The position numbers and the translations under genes are program-made. Positions 38,366-43,464 of a stretch of DNA of 43,464 nucleotides are shown in pieces (position 1 is the first letter of the stretch; the number at the start of each line of letters is the position of its first letter). The stretch is from contig JBJOPW010000009.1 of NCBI GenBank assembly GCA_046050355.1, positions 1 through 43,464 of the forward strand. The letters are read 5' to 3'. A model generated the notes under the pieces. It made no database searches and was not told where the DNA came from. It saw nothing but the letters and a program-made list of their open reading frames with translations. This DNA is from Candidatus Parcubacteria bacterium. GTDB taxonomy: Bacteria > Patescibacteriota > Minisyncoccia > Phycocordibacterales > UBA918.

Positions 38366-38486
38366 AGCTCGCCCTGAAACTCCATATACTTTGTTGCATT
38401 TCGTTCGAAAACATTCAACGTACAATTAGTACGTCTCATATTTTCTCGCTCATGCGCCTCGTCTCTGGAGCTTCAGACCAAGCTCT
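38364..38486. repeat. ~120-bp imperfect long hairpin, REP/MITE-like
   Basis: Nested arms AGAGCT/AGCTCT, CTGAAACTCCA/TGGAGCTTCAG, GCAT/ATGC, GAAAA/TTTTC, ACGTAC/GTACGT. Confidence 0.65.
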
Positions 38487-38572
38487 TTGAGAGTCAAATG
38501 CTGATGCTACAAAAAATATATTACCTTTCAAACGTGTTGCATACACAAGAATTTACCGCTATGCTCACGGTA

Positions 38573-39400
38573 ATGACTACTCCCGACAGTGAATCTAAAG
38601 AGGGTTTTGCACACAAAAAGTCCTTGGGGCAGAACTTTTTGACTACCGGGGTGGTGCCTCATTGGATGTGTGAGGCCGGGGCAGTAGGAGCGGGGGACAC
38701 TATCATCGAAATTGGCCCGGGGACGGGAGCGTTGACGCGCACCCTCCTCGCTCGCGGCGCTACCGTCTACGCTATCGAGACCGACGATCGGGCCGTGGCG
38801 GTCCTTCGAGAGACATTCGCGAGCGAAATTGCCGAAGGACAACTACACCTTATATATGATGATGTGCGCACATTTGCTTTTGAGAGCCTGCCAATACAGC
38901 AAAAATCCTATAAAATAGTGGCTAATATACCGTATTATCTCTCAGGCTTTCTGCTTCGACACTGTCTTGAATTGCCCAATCCACCAACCACTATCGTATT
39001 TTTAATGCAAAAGGAGGTGGTGGAACGAATTGCCCGAGACAAAAAGAGCTCACTTTTATCCCTCTCGGTCCGTGTCTATGGTGAGCCAAAATACTACAAG
39101 ACCGTCTCACGTGGCCATTTTAAGCCGGCACCAAATGTAGATTCAGCTATTTTAGTGGTTAAAAATATTAACCACGAACGCTTACCAACAATTGCTGAGC
39201 GGGAGCGCTTTTTTGCACTCCTCCACGAAGGTTTGGGGCAACGACGTAAACAACTCATAGGCGCACTAACACACCGTTATGAGCGCGCTGCGTTAGAGGC
39301 TATATTCGCTCATCTCAACTTTTTACCAACCGTGCGGGGGGAAGATCTCTCGATTGATAATTGGCTGTCACTATACCAAGCACTAACAGACACACTCTAA
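38573..39400 (+). CDS. rsmA: 16S rRNA m6,2A dimethyltransferase
   Basis: KKSLGQNFL, IEIGPGTG, VANIPYY, MQKEV, PAPNVDS. Confidence 0.96.
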   Translation: MTTPDSESKEGFAHKKSLGQNFLTTGVVPHWMCEAGAVGAGDTIIEIGPGTGALTRTLLARGATVYAIETDDRAVAVLRETFASEIAEGQLHLIYDDVRTFAFESLPIQQKSYKIVANIPYYLSGFLLRHCLELPNPPTTIVFLMQKEVVERIARDKKSSLLSLSVRVYGEPKYYKTVSRGHFKPAPNVDSAILVVKNINHERLPTIAERERFFALLHEGLGQRRKQLIGALTHRYERAALEAIFAHLNFLPTVRGEDLSIDNWLSLYQALTDTL

Positions 39401-39453
39401 CCACAGGCCTACCGCCACTCATGGACTTATATTGCTATACTATGAGTGTCACT

Positions 39454-40347
39454 ATGGGACATATCCGTATGAATAAAAAGGTTCTTGGAGCCACACTGGT
39501 TGGTGTGTTTTTGGTGGGTGGTGCCCTGGTGCTGAACAACCGCCAAACAAACAACCAGCCGCTGGCAGCAATCGACCGTGTCCCCCAAGTCGATACCACC
39601 CTACCGGATCGGCAGTACATTCCCGTGACCGATACTAATAGTGACGGTATTGAAGATTGGCGTGAGGAATTTGTACTACAAGCACCCATTCAACTCCCCC
39701 CTAGCTCAACGACCGTAGACTTCACCATGCCGACCACCGTGACCGACCAGGTTGGTATTCAAGTATTTGAGTCGCTCCTCAAAAATAAGGCCAATGTGCA
39801 GTTTCAACAGACAAACGAAGTCATCGTCGAGCGCACCACTGACAAAATCAGCGGTCTCGCTAAAGATACTCTCTACACTGAGAGCAGTGTCAGTGTGGTA
39901 CCCACCGAGCCAGTCGCTATTCGTCGATACGCTAACATGATGGGGCAGAGCCTCATCACCAACAACGTCACTGGCTCAGACGGGGAGCTTGAGATTGTCT
40001 ATGCCGCACTGCAAGCCAACCGTCCCGAAGATCTCAAAAAACTCGAACCTTTGGCAGATATGTACAAAAAACTTCGTGATGATGCTATTGCCGCTCCCGT
40101 ACCCGAACGGTTTGCAAAAGATCATCTTAATCTTATTAACGCCTATCACGCGATGTACCGGAACATTTCAGATTTCCAACTGATTTTTGAGGACCCGCTA
40201 GTGGCTCTCCTCCGAATTAAACGGTATCAGGACGATGCCACCGCCCTCGCGATTATACTGAACACCATGTACCGCAACGCTGCCCCATTTCAATCGTTAT
40301 TCACTGCCGATGACCCTGCGACAGTGTTTATCGCATTTAGTAATTAA
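39454..40347 (+). CDS. Membrane-anchored hypothetical protein with DxxxDGxxDW Ca-binding-like motif
   Basis: N-terminal TM; DTNSDGIEDWRE; start 39454 or 39469. Confidence 0.75.
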   Translation: MGHIRMNKKVLGATLVGVFLVGGALVLNNRQTNNQPLAAIDRVPQVDTTLPDRQYIPVTDTNSDGIEDWREEFVLQAPIQLPPSSTTVDFTMPTTVTDQVGIQVFESLLKNKANVQFQQTNEVIVERTTDKISGLAKDTLYTESSVSVVPTEPVAIRRYANMMGQSLITNNVTGSDGELEIVYAALQANRPEDLKKLEPLADMYKKLRDDAIAAPVPERFAKDHLNLINAYHAMYRNISDFQLIFEDPLVALLRIKRYQDDATALAIILNTMYRNAAPFQSLFTADDPATVFIAFSN

Positions 40348-40356
40348 TTATTTACT

Positions 40357-41916
40357 ATGTCTACGTTCTTTTCTTACGCTCGCACCTGTCTCATCTTGGT
40401 ACTGATAGTCACGACCGCAACAATCGCGGTACCGTACGACAACGCCCTGGCCGGAGGAGCACTCACTGGTGGCTATTCTGAGATAACTGGCCAACAAGCG
40501 TTGACACAACAAAGAATATCAGCTGTTCAGGGCACCGTAACAGCAGCTAACACCAGCGCTACTGCCCTTGCTACCGGCCAATTGTTTGTCAAAGAGAATC
40601 TACTCGATGGTATCGCCTGGGCAGTCGCCAAACAGATGGTGAGCAATATGACCCGCAGTCTTATCAATTGGATCAATTCCGGCTTCCAAGGGAGCCCTAG
40701 TTTTGTCACCGACTTCAAGCAAATGCTCCTTGATAGCCTCGATCAAGTTGCTGGGGAATACATCAAGAGTCTTGGTGGGATTGGGGAATTTATTTGTTCA
40801 CCATTCCAACTTGATGTCCAAGCTGCACTTGCTATTAATTACGCCCAGGCTCGGAGTGGTAATCCATCGGGGCCCAACGAAAATCTCTGTACACTCACCG
40901 GTATTGCATCAAATATCGAGAACTTTCTCTCCGGTACGGCCGATAGTTGGGGGCAGTGGATGGAAGTCACTGCCAACCCACAAAATACCCCATACGGGGC
41001 CTACCTCGCGGCTGAGGCCTCACTCAATGTTCGTCTCCGCAATGAAGCCGGACAAGAGATAGAAGTAGCCAGCTGGGGCGACGGTTTTCTTTCGAACAAA
41101 GTCTGTCAGGCTATCGAGGGCACTACTCAGGAGGAGTGTAAAATTACTACTCCTGGTCAAGTGGTGAGCGAAGCCTTGACCTTCCAGCTGTCTACCGGCC
41201 CTCGCTCACTGATCGAAGCCGATGAAATTAATGAACTGATCGGCGCCCTCCTCAATCAACTTGTACTCCAAGCGGTCCAAGGCCTCAATGGACTTCTTGG
41301 TCTCAGTGAGACCGGTAGTAATGGCACCTCATACCTCGATGACGTTGTTAATGAAGGTATTAACAATATAGATTACACGCCATACAAAAAGGAGATGGAT
41401 GCCGCCTTTGATCGGGAAGTGGACATGCTTATCCTGATCGATAAAGCACTAGCTGCTGCTGCTTCTAATACAGCTACCAGTACGGTAATAAAGAGTAATT
41501 CTATAGATATTATGGCCCGAGTACTCGCTAATATGGCACAGTTGAATGCCTATATTGATAAAGTACTGAGCACATCAACGAACAATGGTGCGCTCACTAA
41601 TAATGAGAAATTGGCTTTGTTAGATGCCTCCACGATTCTTGACCGGGTCTCGGCTAACGTGACGGAACTAGCGGTACTGATTAACCGGTATGAAGGCGCT
41701 ACCACTACCGCCCAGGCCAACCTCGCATCATCAACCGCCAGTACCACGCCAAATAATCAAAAACTACGGGCCGAAATTAACCGTATTCGTCAAGATATTG
41801 TACTCGATTACCTCACCCTCAAGAGTAGCGGCAATCTCACTACCGACGCCCTTATTAAACAAAAGCGTCAGGAGTGGCAAGCGCTCATTTATCCGCAGGG
41901 TGGAGGACAGTTATAA
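40357..41916 (+). CDS. Secreted/membrane hypothetical protein, probably T4SS-like locus component
   Basis: Signal-like N-terminus, WINSGFQGSPSFV, paired Cys, ITTPG; upstream of a VirB6-like gene. Confidence 0.75.
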   Translation: MSTFFSYARTCLILVLIVTTATIAVPYDNALAGGALTGGYSEITGQQALTQQRISAVQGTVTAANTSATALATGQLFVKENLLDGIAWAVAKQMVSNMTRSLINWINSGFQGSPSFVTDFKQMLLDSLDQVAGEYIKSLGGIGEFICSPFQLDVQAALAINYAQARSGNPSGPNENLCTLTGIASNIENFLSGTADSWGQWMEVTANPQNTPYGAYLAAEASLNVRLRNEAGQEIEVASWGDGFLSNKVCQAIEGTTQEECKITTPGQVVSEALTFQLSTGPRSLIEADEINELIGALLNQLVLQAVQGLNGLLGLSETGSNGTSYLDDVVNEGINNIDYTPYKKEMDAAFDREVDMLILIDKALAAAASNTATSTVIKSNSIDIMARVLANMAQLNAYIDKVLSTSTNNGALTNNEKLALLDASTILDRVSANVTELAVLINRYEGATTTAQANLASSTASTTPNNQKLRAEINRIRQDIVLDYLTLKSSGNLTTDALIKQKRQEWQALIYPQGGGQL

Positions 41917-41954
41917 TTCTCAGTATCCTCACTTCTAAAACATAACCGAGAGAC

Positions 41955-41986
41955 CAACTCACCCACATCATCGATGTGGGTGGTTG
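41955..41986 (+). terminator. Hairpin, probable terminator
   Basis: CAAC-T-CACCCACATC/GATGTGGGTG-GTTG. Confidence 0.45.
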
Positions 41987-42071
41987 TGTAATATGGATTT
42001 CGTTTGATTTAATCACCACTTTTTTAGAATTGAGAAAGACAGTTACGCACTGATAATGGTATGATACCAGT

Positions 42072-43464
42072 ATGTTGGAGGGAATGGTCCCGTATCTAAA
42101 ACGTGCACTACCATTGGTGCTTATTTTGTGTTTTTTTGCCATAGGAATTCACCTGGCATCAGCACAGGGCACCATTTTTGATGACCCACTGTCACCAACC
42201 GGACCAGCTAATAACCCGCCAAACACTGGTGGTACCGTGACGGGGAGTGGTCAAACTAGTGGAAACAGCGCTTTGGATACCTATTTAAATGGTGACACTA
42301 GTTATACTGAGACAACACAGACTGCAGGCAATCAGGGTGTTACAGTGACGGATGGTGCTAGTTGTTGGAATTCGGCTCAGGGTTTTTTTCATTGTCTCGC
42401 CACCGCTTTTTTTGGTACGTTTGTAGCGATTGCTGGGTATGCGTTTGATGCCGCCATCAATTTGTTTATCACCCAGTTCGGGCAGATGTATATCGACTTT
42501 GGTGTCGGAGCGGTGGTCGAAGGTGTCTGGGGTACCGTGCGTGATATCTTCAACCTCACCTTCATTTTTGGCCTGGTCTATATTGGCTTTCAGATTATTC
42601 TTGGTATCAATGAGAGCAGTGCCAAGCGCACCATTCCACTCCTCATTGTCGCGGCTCTTCTTGTAAACTTCAGTCTTTTTATCGTTAAATTTGTAGTTGA
42701 TTTTGCCAACCTCACCGCTCTGCAAATATATAACTTGTTTAAAGCTGCCAATACGCTTAATGCCGGGGGTGGGCAAGCTAGTCCCGGGACTGTTGTTGAT
42801 ATGCTTGGTGGTGATCAACCAAGTATTTCTCTGGCATTTCTCAATACCATTGGTCTCACGAGTCTCTTGAGTCACAACCCGAGTTCCGGTGTCGCTGATG
42901 GTGTGCCACTTTTTTACACCTTCGGTATGATTGTGGTCTTTTTGGTCCTTATTTATGTCTTCTTTGCGGCCGCTATCCTTATCACTATTCGGTTTGCTGC
43001 GCTGACCTTCTACATGATATTTTCACCCATTATGTTTCTCGGCTGGGTATTCCCAGGAATGAAATCGTACAGTGACAAATTCTGGAGTGGACTTTTTGGT
43101 CAAGCATTTTTTGCACCTGCTCTCTTATTTATGCTCTATGTGACTTATCGATTGTCGGCAGGTCTAGCCGGACCTAACCGCGGAGACGCTACTTTGTTTC
43201 AAAACCAAGCTAACGCTGCAGGGTTTGCTCAGTTTGTACCCTACCTCGTACTCATTGTTGTATTCCTTATGGCATCACTCATTGTCGCAAAAAAAATGGC
43301 CAACCAGGGCGCGAGTATGGTTGGGAAGGTGAATGATTGGGCCCTTGGGAGAGCTGGAAGTTACCTTGGCAGAAATACACTTGGTCGAGCTTCAGACAGT
43401 TTGTATAAACTAAATGAAAAAATGGACGGAACAAAAGCAGGACGTCGCTTTAAAGGCCTGGTTA
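42072..43464 (+). CDS. VirB6/TrbL-like polytopic membrane protein, partial (runs off window)
   Basis: Not in the ORF track. From ATG 42072: signal peptide, then WGTVRDIFNLTFIFGLVYIG...ALLVNFSLFIVKFVVDFAN and further TMs. Confidence 0.75.
   Translation, partial: MLEGMVPYLKRALPLVLILCFFAIGIHLASAQGTIFDDPLSPTGPANNPPNTGGTVTGSGQTSGNSALDTYLNGDTSYTETTQTAGNQGVTVTDGASCWNSAQGFFHCLATAFFGTFVAIAGYAFDAAINLFITQFGQMYIDFGVGAVVEGVWGTVRDIFNLTFIFGLVYIGFQIILGINESSAKRTIPLLIVAALLVNFSLFIVKFVVDFANLTALQIYNLFKAANTLNAGGGQASPGTVVDMLGGDQPSISLAFLNTIGLTSLLSHNPSSGVADGVPLFYTFGMIVVFLVLIYVFFAAAILITIRFAALTFYMIFSPIMFLGWVFPGMKSYSDKFWSGLFGQAFFAPALLFMLYVTYRLSAGLAGPNRGDATLFQNQANAAGFAQFVPYLVLIVVFLMASLIVAKKMANQGASMVGKVNDWALGRAGSYLGRNTLGRASDSLYKLNEKMDGTKAGRRFKGLV

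Noticed and set aside
1753-42875. Numerous overlapping or antisense ORFs in the track (e.g. 2318-2890, 10352-10927, 30711-31337, 42285-42875)
   Set aside because: Shadows of well-supported genes with no recognisable motifs.

Overview
Core-chromosome window from a small-genome bacterium, genetic code 11. It is very likely Patescibacteria/CPR (Parcubacteria-type); this is inferred from CPR-typical families (HTH+LAGLIDADG-like proteins beside tRNAs, ECF sigma-DUF5667 pair, membrane-anchored Clp ATPase, VirB6-like protein) and largely SD-less genes. Housekeeping genes: clpP, rny, hup, corA, xth, cca, csp, rpsO, pnp, comM/yifB, pcrA/uvrD, rsmA, yraN. Also four CCA-less tRNAs on the minus strand, the 5' end of an IS200-family tnpA at the left edge, two pseudogenes, and the start of a T4SS-like membrane locus at the right edge. 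Main signals: (1) three of the four tRNAs are followed by a homologous ~170-310 bp structured element whose scaffold is conserved but whose variable segments are direct and inverted copies of the 3' end of the adjacent tRNA; (2) three of the four tRNAs are directly preceded by co-oriented nuclease-fold genes (HNH or HTH-LAGLIDADG-like); (3) eleven parS-like palindromes lie within 1.8 kb, several inside yraN and a decayed HAD gene, next to DnaA-box-like sites; (4) most genes appear leaderless or nearly so; (5) rpsO and pnp share a leader motif; (6) an ~850 bp hairpin-rich intergenic region is unexplained. All calls were made by eye, with no database searches.
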